From positions 192,001 through 256,000 of the forward strand of contig CP084167.1 of NCBI GenBank assembly GCA_021513715.1: a DNA stretch of 64,000 nt, written 5' to 3'. Of the stretch, positions 1 to 8,899 are shown one piece after another. The notes under the pieces are model-generated. The model made no database searches. It saw only the letters and a program-made list of their open reading frames with translations, and was not told the origin of the DNA. The stretch is from Candidatus Heimdallarchaeum endolithica (GTDB taxonomy: Archaea > Asgardarchaeota > Heimdallarchaeia > Heimdallarchaeales > Heimdallarchaeaceae). Every line of letters starts with the position of its first letter. Position 1 is the stretch's first letter. The translations under genes and the position numbers were made by a program.

Positions 1-331
1 AAATAATTGTTGTCTCTTTTGCTTCTTGTTCATTTGCGATTTCATTAGAAAGAGATGTAGGATCATTAAAACCTAGATCATTAGGATAGAAAACAACTTC
101 AGCTTCAATATTGTTAACTACATCCATAACAGCTATGGTTTTTACTATTGATCCATAGAAGAAAATACTTGAAAAAATAGCTGCACCAAGAATAAGCCCA
201 GCAACAATTGAAAGAGATCTTCGCTTATATGAAATAATTGATTTAAGTGCAAGTTGTATATAATTCATCATAGCTGTATATTTTCCTGAAATACTCTTCA
301 TCATTGAAGTAAGTTTGTTTGAAATATTCAT
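1..331 (-). CDS. ABC transporter permease, FtsX/MacB family (N-terminal part; runs off the window edge)
   Basis: ATG at 331 overlaps the TGA of the upstream ATPase (ATGA); reads MNISNKLTS...LALKSIISYKRRSLSIVAGLILGAAIFSSIFFYG, a typical FtsX-permease N-terminus. Not in the ORF track. Confidence 0.8.
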   Translation of the reverse strand, partial: MNISNKLTSMMKSISGKYTAMMNYIQLALKSIISYKRRSLSIVAGLILGAAIFSSIFFYGSIVKTIAVMDVVNNIEAEVVFYPNDLGFNDPTSLSNEIANEQEAKETTII

Positions 332-1062
332 TTTCTTTCACTCCTACGTTTGTTTAAAATAGAAACTTGTTCTTCAGCAAGTTTTCCATTACGTAAAATA
401 TATAAACGATCTGTCTGTTTTGCAGCTTCATGATCATGCGTAACCATAACGACAGTTATATTCTTCTCTTTACTCAATTGCTTGAACAAACTAATTATTT
501 CACGTCCAGTTACAGTATCAAGATTACCACTAGGTTCATCACAATAGATAATTTTTGGTTCATGAGCCAAAGCACGTGCTATTGCCACTCGTTGTTGTTC
601 TCCCCCTGAAAGTTGCTCTGGTAAATGATTCATTCTTCCATAAAGACCTACACTTTCTAGAAAAGAAACAGCTTTTGCTGTAGCTGTTTTATCTTCTTCT
701 CCTCTTAAAATCATTGGAAGTTTTACATTTTCTAAAGCTGTAAGGTAAGGAATTAAACTGAAATTCTGAAAAACAATTGAAGAGGTTTTTCTTCTAATTT
801 CCAAGTATTCTTTGTTTGTTAACTTTTTTAGATTTGAGCCTACAATATATACATCGCCATCCGTTATTGTCTCTAAAGTTGATAAAATATTTACTAAAGT
901 GCTTTTTCCTGAACCACTTGGCCCCATTATGGCTACAAATTCTCCCTTTTTTATTTTCATGTTAACTCCTGTAAGAACTTTAACTATTGTATCCTTATCT
1001 AGTTTAAAGTTCTTTATCAGACTTCTAGTTATTATAATATTTTCTGCACTATTGTTACTCAT
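328..1062 (-). CDS. ABC transporter ATP-binding protein (LolD/SalX/MacB type)
   Basis: Walker A GPSGSGKS, signature LSGGEQQRVAIARAL, Walker B IIYCDEP, H-loop VTHD. Confidence 0.95.
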   Translation of the reverse strand: MSNNSAENIIITRSLIKNFKLDKDTIVKVLTGVNMKIKKGEFVAIMGPSGSGKSTLVNILSTLETITDGDVYIVGSNLKKLTNKEYLEIRRKTSSIVFQNFSLIPYLTALENVKLPMILRGEEDKTATAKAVSFLESVGLYGRMNHLPEQLSGGEQQRVAIARALAHEPKIIYCDEPSGNLDTVTGREIISLFKQLSKEKNITVVMVTHDHEAAKQTDRLYILRNGKLAEEQVSILNKRRSERK

Positions 1063-1583
1063 TAAGCTCCGAGTTATATGGAAAAATATAAAGGTATCTT
1101 TATAAAAAACGATTAATATTAATCAAAAAACTTTGAATTCTTTTCAAACTCCTTTAAAACCCATATTCCTTCTCATAGAATAAAATAAAATATGAGAATG
1201 ACTGCAGAAACACCTAACAAGCAAAAACCTAATATTAAACCTACTATTCTATTCTTTAAGTGCCTTTTTATTAAATCCCCAATGAACCCTCCAATAGGTA
1301 AAAAAATTGATAACACAATAAACAAATACAAATCAAAATGACCTTGTACTACGTGAGTTGTACCTCCTACAACAGCTTTAACTAAAATAATAAAAAGAGA
1401 AGTACCAGAAGCTACAATAGGAGTATATCCAAAACCTAATATCATCAATGGAGAAATAAGCCATCCTCCAGAAGAACCAAGAAGGCCAGTAATAAAACCA
1501 ATTAATAATCCAAAAACTACAATAACGGGAATACTTATTCTAAACTCATAGTCATCCCTTTTTATAGTTATAAAAGGTTTCAA

Positions 1584-1968
1584 CCATGAGTTGAAATTTT
1601 ACGTAATTTCTTCAGGACTCTACCCAACCAATCAACAAACTTAGCGAAAGTTGTGAAGACTGGATTAAGAGAACATGAAAGACACAGTCTTAATTAAGTT
1701 CTCTAAGGGGTTCATCTCCTTATCCCGGGCACTCATAACTCCCAAAGGGAAGACCGGGTGTCGTAGGAATGAAACCTACGTCTTTAAGCATATAGCTCAA
1801 GACACTAGATAAATGAGAATTAAATATATAAAGATAGCTGAAAAGTTGTGACACTCCCTAATATCTTGTATGTATTCTTTATTTTTGCAAATGTGTTTCA
1901 GGTTGTTATTGGTATGATAACTCCACAAACTAAAAATTTAGTTTATTATGTAAAAAAGTATCTCATGG
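1584..1968. mobile_element. Non-autonomous MITE-like insertion with imperfect terminal inverted repeats, no target duplication and an internal structured RNA-like segment
   Basis: Ends CCATGAGttgaaattttacgtaat and (reverse complement) CCATGAGatacttttttacataat match 18/24; precise removal restores the host reading frame; no credible protein inside. Confidence 0.85.
1610..1803 (-). ncRNA. Putative structured ncRNA inside the 1584-1968 element
   Basis: Minus-strand TTTATATA (1825-1832) lies about 22 nt upstream of consecutive stem-loops: GTCTTGAGC/GCTT-A-AAGAC, GTAGG/CCTAC, CCCGG/CCGGG enclosing TCCC/GGGA, TAAGGAG/CCCCTTA, AGAGAAC/GTTCTCT enclosing AAGAC/GTCTT, AACTT/AAGTT. GC-richer than the genome; 3' end approximate. 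Confidence 0.6.
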
Positions 1969-2534
1969 ATAATGAAACCTTGCAAAAAAAGCTATCTTAT
2001 GTCTATGCTCTTCTTGTTCTTTTCTTACTTGTTTCAATTCGTGAATTTTATCTCTTCTATATGTTTCGATACCTAGTTTCTTCTTTTTTCTTGATTCAAA
2101 TAACATTTTAACGCTTAGTAATAGAGCTAATGAGAACAATATTGAAAGTAAAACTACTTCAGGTATCATATCTGTAATTAAAGCTCCCAAAAAAGTAGAA
2201 ATCATAGCAGGAATTAAAAAAGCAAAGGCAAATTTAAAATCAATTTCCTTCCTTTTTCTTGCTCCAAGCACACCAACCAGAGAAATAAAAACTGTAGAAG
2301 ATAAAGTTGTTCCTACAACAGTAGGCATTTCATATTCAAATAATACTGCTAAGATAGGAACAATGAATACTCCCCCACCAAGTCCAGCTATTACGCTTAA
2401 TATGCCAACAACAAGTGCAATTATCGAAATCAAGAATAGTATAGTGGGAGACAATAGCATAACTCTTGATGATAAAAACATATTTATAAAACTTTTTCGA
2501 ATTAAAAACCTAAAAGAAGTTAGAAATTAAATTT

Positions 2535-3494
2535 TTATTTTTTTATGTTATTTCTTAAATAAAGTAAATGGCTTCTTAACGTTGCAGGGCTGACTTTACA
2601 TGTTCGCGCTAGAAAAGCTTGATTAAATAAACTAATATTGATTTTTTCAGCAATCATTTCTGATGCTAAAAAAATACATGCTACACTTAGGACACTAGGT
2701 CGTCTGCTTTTAGCATCTATTTTAGAAAGTTTAACTGCAAATAGCTCTATTGATGTTAAAATTTTATCAATATCTAGTTCAGTAATCTCTAGAGTGTTTC
2801 CGACATTTTGTAACTCTTGCCTAATTTGCCCCCTAATTGATAAATCAGATCTTAAGGTTGCCATATGTTTTGTTACCCAAACACTTGTAGATGACTTAGT
2901 ATAAGTTAAATTATTTGTGATAATATAATCTCGAACTGCTTTGGAGCTAATCTTACAGCCATAGCTTTTAAAAATATCAACTACAGTACGAATACTTACT
3001 GGAATATTTAGATTTTTTGAAAATATTATTGCTAAAGCCGATGCTAGCAAAAAAATGTTTGAAACCTTATTTCCTGCTCTTTTTTCTGCTTCGTATCTCT
3101 TTCTTAATTCATACATTATTTGGTTTTTTTGATTTGATGAAAAACCTAATTTTGTTAAAATGTTTAATAATCTTGATTTATTCTCTTCTATTGCATCATA
3201 TTCCAATTTTTTTTCAGCAAACCACATTCTCTGAAATTGTGCTCTACTTTCTCCTGGAGATACTTCAAAAGATGAAAAATAAGTATTTTTACTTCTTCTA
3301 CTTTCTGGGCTGCCAAAACGATTTTTTCTCCAATCAGTTGAATCACTATCAATAAAATGATCTGAACTATACCTTTGGTCAATAACAAGACCACATTTTC
3401 TACAAACAACATCTGAAACTGTTTCAATAAAATTACTTCCCCCACACTCAGGACACACAATTTTAACCTTTTTCTCTTGCTCTGTTCTCATCAT
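2535..3494 (-). CDS. Divergent TFIIB/TFB-like protein (Zn ribbon plus two cyclin-fold repeats)
   Basis: N-terminal CPECG...VVCRKCGLVI zinc ribbon; second cyclin repeat SRRPSVLSVACIFLA...QAFLARTCKVSPATLR. Confidence 0.75.
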   Translation of the reverse strand: MMRTEQEKKVKIVCPECGGSNFIETVSDVVCRKCGLVIDQRYSSDHFIDSDSTDWRKNRFGSPESRRSKNTYFSSFEVSPGESRAQFQRMWFAEKKLEYDAIEENKSRLLNILTKLGFSSNQKNQIMYELRKRYEAEKRAGNKVSNIFLLASALAIIFSKNLNIPVSIRTVVDIFKSYGCKISSKAVRDYIITNNLTYTKSSTSVWVTKHMATLRSDLSIRGQIRQELQNVGNTLEITELDIDKILTSIELFAVKLSKIDAKSRRPSVLSVACIFLASEMIAEKINISLFNQAFLARTCKVSPATLRSHLLYLRNNIKK

Positions 3495-3753
3495 TTCTCT
3501 TCATGAAACTTTTCTAATTGTACTATTTAAAGCGACAGAGAGGGTGCATTGAAAGTGAATATTATTGTTAAACAAATTAAGTCGATTAAATTTTTTAGTT
3601 GAGCTCAGTAAGTGTTTTTTATGTCATGTAAATATTACAAAAACATAGTTTGGAGTATTACATATTTTATATTAAAGATGAAAAATCAATAAAAGAAGAA
3701 ATTACTTTCAAAACTTACATAGTCATTTTGTAGTAAGTTCATAATAAAAAAGA

Positions 3754-4650
3754 TTATTTAGAAAGAAAAGCACTTAATCTTTTAGCTAAAACAAAAGTTT
3801 GAACATTTCTTCCTCCATAAGTGAATGTTTTAAATGTCCGTAATTCTAGTTGCTTAATTATTTTTTTAGTTTTAACTACAGGCCATACATATTCTTCTTT
3901 CTTTATTTTACTTTTGATGAACTTAATAACATAAGATAAATTCTTGAAGAAGTTAAGAATAATATTAAAAACAGAAACAGTTTCTTCTGTAATAAAGAGA
4001 AGACCAGAGGAGTATAATAGTTGTTTACATTTCTTTACAATAGTGTAGTTCTCTTCTTTTTTTCTTCCTTTAAGCGCAAAAAGGAGAATGATGTTCATAA
4101 AAGGGCCATCAAGGTTATTCATTTTTTCAAGAGAAAAGGGCTTCAATTCCATTTTCTCCAATATTTTTACATTATTAACCTCTGCCTTGGGACTGATGAA
4201 AGTAATTGAAGTATCACGAGCAATTACACCTATTCCTTTCTCTGTCATTCTTTCTGCAAAAGCTCCTACATTCTTTCCAATAAGCAAAGTTTTTCCATCC
4301 TTAAGTAGAACTTCGATATCTTTTTCTATTTGAGGGCGTAATTTGTTAATATTTACAACTTGTTCAACTTTTTCTTTTAAACCATGCATTTTCTGACTAA
4401 AAACACTACTTTTCTTTACTTCCTTATCTTCTTTTTTTTCCTTTTTCTCAGCTTTTACTTTTGGAATACTAGCGATTTCCTCTGTCTCTTCTTTCTTTTC
4501 ATGTCTAAAAATCTCTGGTAGATCAGGAATAGTTTCATTTTCTGCATTATTTCCAACATTTATATTTCTATCTTTGTCTTCTCTTTTATTTTTGCTCACT
4601 TTTATTCCCCTAATTTTTTTATTTAGAGATAAGTTCTTGCCAACTTGCAA
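3754..4650 (-). CDS. Hypothetical protein: charged N-terminus, possible degenerate SAM-methyltransferase-like C-terminal fold; real start may be the GTG near 4599
   Basis: Long ORF; C-terminal pattern (GPFMNIILLFAL...CKQLLYSSGLLFITE) resembles class I MTase motifs but lacks a clear GxGxG. Confidence 0.5.
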   Translation of the reverse strand: MQVGKNLSLNKKIRGIKVSKNKREDKDRNINVGNNAENETIPDLPEIFRHEKKEETEEIASIPKVKAEKKEKKEDKEVKKSSVFSQKMHGLKEKVEQVVNINKLRPQIEKDIEVLLKDGKTLLIGKNVGAFAERMTEKGIGVIARDTSITFISPKAEVNNVKILEKMELKPFSLEKMNNLDGPFMNIILLFALKGRKKEENYTIVKKCKQLLYSSGLLFITEETVSVFNIILNFFKNLSYVIKFIKSKIKKEEYVWPVVKTKKIIKQLELRTFKTFTYGGRNVQTFVLAKRLSAFLSK

Positions 4651-5257
4651 TTTCTTCTAATATATCATATTTTGTTGGTAACTCATCATTAGCTCTTTTA
4701 AGTTTTTGTGCATATTGAGTAAATTTATGCAAAGTAACTCCAGAAATACCTGATTGCATAAGTTTATCTTTTGTATCTTCAATTTCACTTATAACTTGAG
4801 TAATTGTTTCTTTAGTTATCTTTCCTATTTCTTTTATTTTTGATCTTAAAGTTTCTAAATGCTCTGTTGGGCTTAACCCCATAGTTACTCTTGTTTCAAA
4901 TCCTGAAGAAATAACTTCCAGAACTTCTTCTTTTGCTTCACTCCAACTACTCACATCATTGTCATTGTAATATAAAACTGCTAAATGTACTGCTAATTGC
5001 TTCAATATTGTTTCTAATGAATCATCAGTTATTTCAGGAAGATTATGAATAAGACCCATCCTTATTAAAATTAAATCTCGATTTATATTAGCGTATGTAT
5101 ATTCCTTTTCTGATAATTCATTAATAGCTTTTAACCTTTTAATAAGACTGATATATCGATCTTTATCCATAGAAATAAAGTCATCTCTTGTTAAATAAGG
5201 TGTAAGTTTCTCTCCTATTTTCTTCCATAAAGGAATAGATTCAGTACTTTTTTCCAT
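4619..5257 (-). CDS. Hypothetical helical protein
   Basis: 212-aa ORF, normal composition, co-oriented with neighbours. Confidence 0.7.
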   Translation of the reverse strand: MEKSTESIPLWKKIGEKLTPYLTRDDFISMDKDRYISLIKRLKAINELSEKEYTYANINRDLILIRMGLIHNLPEITDDSLETILKQLAVHLAVLYYNDNDVSSWSEAKEEVLEVISSGFETRVTMGLSPTEHLETLRSKIKEIGKITKETITQVISEIEDTKDKLMQSGISGVTLHKFTQYAQKLKRANDELPTKYDILEEIASWQELISK

Positions 5258-5332
5258 ATTTTATTTTATTTTCTCTATATTTAATAATGTTTTTGGGAGA
5301 TTTTAAAAAAAGAAAGAAAAAATAGAATTCAA

Positions 5333-7075
5333 CTATTTTTCTAAAACACTAGAATCTACATATCCATACTCAACCAATTTAGCTAATACTTTATGAACAG
5401 ATTCTTCTATTGTTTCTTTATCAGTTTCGCAAACAATTTCAGGATTAGTTGGAGGTTCATAAGGATCATTGACTCCAGTGAAATTTAGTATTTCACCTGC
5501 TTTTGCTTTCTTGTATAATCCTTTTACATCTCTAGATTCACATACTTCTATGGGAGCTTTCACATATACTTCCATAAAGTCTCCTATCAGTTGTCTTATC
5601 TCATCTCTTACTGCTTGATAAGGGGCGATATTAGCCATCAAAACAATAACGTTATTACGAGTTAGCATATGAGCAACAAAACCAACTCTTCTGATATTTT
5701 CATCTCTATCATGTTTACTGAAACCTAAATCTTTGGTTAGATATTGTCTTACAACATCCCCATCAAGACGTTCTACATGATATCCTCTTTTCTTTAATTC
5801 TTGAGCAAGAGCTTTAGTTATTGTTGTTTTTCCAGACCCGCTAAGTCCAGTGAATAGTAGAGTAACACCTTTCTGTTCTACTTTTACTTTACCATTATAA
5901 GCATCAGTTAAAATCATAGCTACTTCAGGACGAGTAAACTCTCTAGGAAGCATTTGTCCTTCTTTTAACATTTGTCTAACCTTTGTTCCTGAAAGATAGA
6001 CATGACTCTCTTTTCCATGAGGACAAGTCTTTTGAGTAGCCATTTGCTCACATATTTTACAATAAAAAGCATGCTCAAATTTAAATGGTTTAATCTTTAG
6101 ATCATTATCACTGAATTGATCAAAAATCTCTTGGGCTTCATAAGTACCATAATAATTACCAACACCAGCATGGTCACGACCTATAATAATATGAGAACAA
6201 CCATAGTTTTGCCTAGCTATAGCATGCATGATAGCCTCTCTTGGACCTGCATAACGCATGTTTGCTGGAAATACACCTAAAAAGAATCTGTCTTTTGGAT
6301 AATATGCATTTAGAATCACTTTGTAAGTTTCCATTCTAGTTTGAACTGGAACATCATCACTTTTTGTTGAACCAACAAGAGGATTAATAAATAAACCATC
6401 TACAGACTCTAAAGCTACTTTTTGTAGATATTCATGAGCTCTGTGTATTGGATTTCTTGTTTGGAAAGCCACAACTGTTTTCCACCCTCTTTTGGTAAAT
6501 TCAGCCCTAGTTTGTTTTGGGGTGAAACGATATTCAACAAAATCTTTATGAGGAAGATCATCGATTAACAGAATTTCTCCTCCTAGGTAATAGCTTTCTG
6601 TTTGATAAAGAGCAGCTACTCCTGGATGAGCACTATCCTCTGTTTTATAAACATTAAGTGCTTCTTTCTTTTTATTTGGATTATAAATGTCAGAAACTGT
6701 CATTAAACCCATATATACGCCATTCCACTTTAGTGTAATTTCATCTCCTTTACTTAAACTTCCAGCAAAAGAATCATCAACTGGAAGAGTTACTGGAATT
6801 GGCCAAACAACTCCATTTTTTAATCGCATTGTTTCAACAACGCTAATATAGTCTTCTTCAGTCATAAATCCAGTTAGAGGTGAATAAACCCCTGTAGCTA
6901 TGCATTCAAGATCAGCTAGTGTTCTTTCATTTAATTCTAAGACAGGTAATGTTTTTGCTTTTTCAACATAATTATATCTTTCTTCTTCGCTTATTATATG
7001 TTTGTCTATAAGTTTTCCTCCATGGGGAGGAACAAGCTTTTGAAGGTTTTTTTCTAATTCTTTATTGTCACTCAT
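5333..7075 (-). CDS. sat: Bifunctional sulfate adenylyltransferase / adenylyl-sulfate kinase (Sat-CysC, PAPS synthase)
   Basis: ATP sulfurylase motifs [33 protein letters not shown]; C-terminal APS kinase [30 protein letters not shown]; SD-like AGGTGA upstream. Confidence 0.95.
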   Translation of the reverse strand: MSDNKELEKNLQKLVPPHGGKLIDKHIISEEERYNYVEKAKTLPVLELNERTLADLECIATGVYSPLTGFMTEEDYISVVETMRLKNGVVWPIPVTLPVDDSFAGSLSKGDEITLKWNGVYMGLMTVSDIYNPNKKKEALNVYKTEDSAHPGVAALYQTESYYLGGEILLIDDLPHKDFVEYRFTPKQTRAEFTKRGWKTVVAFQTRNPIHRAHEYLQKVALESVDGLFINPLVGSTKSDDVPVQTRMETYKVILNAYYPKDRFFLGVFPANMRYAGPREAIMHAIARQNYGCSHIIIGRDHAGVGNYYGTYEAQEIFDQFSDNDLKIKPFKFEHAFYCKICEQMATQKTCPHGKESHVYLSGTKVRQMLKEGQMLPREFTRPEVAMILTDAYNGKVKVEQKGVTLLFTGLSGSGKTTITKALAQELKKRGYHVERLDGDVVRQYLTKDLGFSKHDRDENIRRVGFVAHMLTRNNVIVLMANIAPYQAVRDEIRQLIGDFMEVYVKAPIEVCESRDVKGLYKKAKAGEILNFTGVNDPYEPPTNPEIVCETDKETIEESVHKVLAKLVEYGYVDSSVLEK

Positions 7076-7326
7076 TTACTTCACCTATAATTTACGTAAA
7101 CAACGTAACTATTCAGAAAAGCAAAAAACTAGTTACTTATAAATTATTTGATAAAACAGTAACAAGATAGTTATTAATTCAATTTTTGGACAGTAAAGAA
7201 TTAAAAAATTAAATTAAATAATATAAAATAATAGGAAATCAAAAAGTAGGAAAATAATACTATATTAATGCGAATATACCTAATCATTTAAAAATCAAAC
7301 ATTAATTTGAGAAAATAACTATTAGA

Positions 7327-8238
7327 GTGAAAGCTATGAAATTAAAAGAACTTCCAGATAGAGCACAGTTTGTAAGTGGAGACAGTGCATGTTCAGGTTG
7401 TATGGCTTCAAATATTGCAATAAATGTTATGCGCATTTTAGGGAAGAAAACAATTGTAAGTGTTCCTCCTTGTTGTCTAAGTGTTTTTGGAGGAACTTTT
7501 CCTAATCTTAACTGGGATGTTCCCTATTTTCATCTACAATTTGCAAATACTGCATCAACAGTCACTGGAATTTCAAGAGCATTAAAAGCTCAGAATAAGG
7601 ATGATATAGTAGTATTAGGAATGGCAGGAGATGGAGGTACAGCAGATATAGGATTACAAGCTTTATCAGGAGCTGCTCAAAGAGATGAAAATATACTATA
7701 TATTTGTTATAATAATCAAGCTTATGAAAATACAGGAATACAAGCATCAGGATTAACTCCTTATGGTTCTTGGTCGTCTACAACCCCTGTAAGGGGCAAA
7801 TCTAGAGGAAATGAATGGTTCCCAAAAGATATCCCAAGAATACTTATTGCACATGAAGCTACATATGTTGCAACTGCATCAACTGCTTTCATTCAAGACT
7901 TTATAAACAAAGTAGAAAAAGCAAAGAAGATGAAGGGGTTCAGATATTTAGAAGTCTTATCTGTCTGCACACCAGGATGGAAAGTACCAACCCATTTGGG
8001 CCCACAATTAGCAAAAGAAGCTGTTGAATCAGGTTATTGGTTACTGATTGAATATGAAAATGGTATAGTAAAAATTAACAGAAAACCTAAATTTAAAGGA
8101 TTAGAAGGATTTTTGGCAAAACAAGGAAGATTCAAGAATATAACTCCAGAACAAGTTGAAAAACTCAAGGAATATATTGATAGAAGATGGAAAATATATA
8201 GAGGATTAGAAAAAGCGACGAATCCTAAAGAAACCTAA
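7327..8238 (+). CDS. porB: 2-oxoacid (pyruvate/ketoisovalerate):ferredoxin oxidoreductase beta subunit
   Basis: ACSGC, TPP-binding GDGGTADIG...YNNQAYENTG, CTPGW. Confidence 0.9.
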   Translation: MKAMKLKELPDRAQFVSGDSACSGCMASNIAINVMRILGKKTIVSVPPCCLSVFGGTFPNLNWDVPYFHLQFANTASTVTGISRALKAQNKDDIVVLGMAGDGGTADIGLQALSGAAQRDENILYICYNNQAYENTGIQASGLTPYGSWSSTTPVRGKSRGNEWFPKDIPRILIAHEATYVATASTAFIQDFINKVEKAKKMKGFRYLEVLSVCTPGWKVPTHLGPQLAKEAVESGYWLLIEYENGIVKINRKPKFKGLEGFLAKQGRFKNITPEQVEKLKEYIDRRWKIYRGLEKATNPKET

Positions 8239-8321
8239 GATAAAAATTAAGTTCCTAATATTATTTTTTTAATATCGGAAAAGAATAAATATGAGACTAT
8301 ATACAAAAATATAGGTGCTTA

Positions 8322-8684
8322 TTGTTGGCAGAATCAGTAGACACTGAAAAAGAGATTGAAGAAGTAAAATTGATCTTGAAAAATATGGTTCAATCAGTAA
8401 TTGACTTCTGTTCAAAATCTGGAAAAATAACAGCTTCAGAAAAAAGAATTATTAAAGCAATGAAAGAAGCAACAAAAGATCTTGAAGATGATATAATTGC
8501 TTTATATAAAGAGCAAGCTGATAATATTGAGGATATGACTTTACTCGATGTAGTAAACAAAAATAGAGCTAAAATACTGAACGACATTTATAAAGCTGCT
8601 ATTACTCCTAAAAGACATCTACTATCTAAAGAAGCACAAGAAGTAATTAATATGGTAGCCAACGACTTGTTAGGGCATGGATAA
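8322..8684 (+). CDS. Hypothetical protein
   Basis: 120-aa ORF with AGGTG SD-like motif upstream of a TTG start. Confidence 0.7.
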   Translation: MLAESVDTEKEIEEVKLILKNMVQSVIDFCSKSGKITASEKRIIKAMKEATKDLEDDIIALYKEQADNIEDMTLLDVVNKNRAKILNDIYKAAITPKRHLLSKEAQEVINMVANDLLGHG

Positions 8685-8769
8685 TAAAATTTCATTATTT
8701 ATTCTATATCTTTTATACAAGAAGTTTTCCAAAAGAGAAAATTAAAAAACCCAGTGAAATCTTTTATTT

Positions 8770-8835
8770 GTTGAGAAAATGATTAAGTTACCCCTGTCTG
8801 AACTATGATGATAATTGCATATTATGATTCTCAAC
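8770..8835 (+). ncRNA. Box C/D methylation-guide sRNA
   Basis: 8-bp terminal stem GTTGAGAA/TTCTCAAC; box C ATGATTA (8779-85); 12-nt guide AGTTACCCCTGT; D' CTGA (8798-8801); C' ATGATGA (8805-11); 12-nt guide TAATTGCATATT; box D variant ATGA (8824-27); T-run after. Confidence 0.75.
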
Positions 8836-8899
8836 TTTTTCTATTTTTACACATTTTAAAAGAAAGATATTATATAGATGCAAATTAAAAAAGATTCTG

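Larger units (their letters stand above)
1173..2481 (-). pseudogene. TSUP/TauE-SafE family (sulfite/sulfur-compound) transporter split by a 385-bp insertion
   Basis: Two halves (1969-2481 and 1173-1583) carry the duplicated motifs GLGGGVFIVP...GTTL and GSSGGWLISP...GTSL. Deleting 1584-1968 rejoins them in frame (...ARFHY|LKPFITIK...), about 307 aa. Confidence 0.85.

Noticed and set aside
1963-1965. TGA as a selenocysteine or read-through codon
   Set aside because: The TGA comes from the inserted element end (CCATGAG), not from the host gene.
1574-1981. Canonical bulge-helix-bulge mRNA intron in the TSUP gene
   Set aside because: The junctions pair, but give one asymmetric 4x1 loop rather than two 3-nt bulges around a 4-bp helix; forcing a BHB breaks a perfect 9-bp stem. 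Kept only as an RT-PCR control.
1848-2111. 87-aa + strand ORF
   Set aside because: Spans the element/host junction antisense to the TSUP gene; no motifs.
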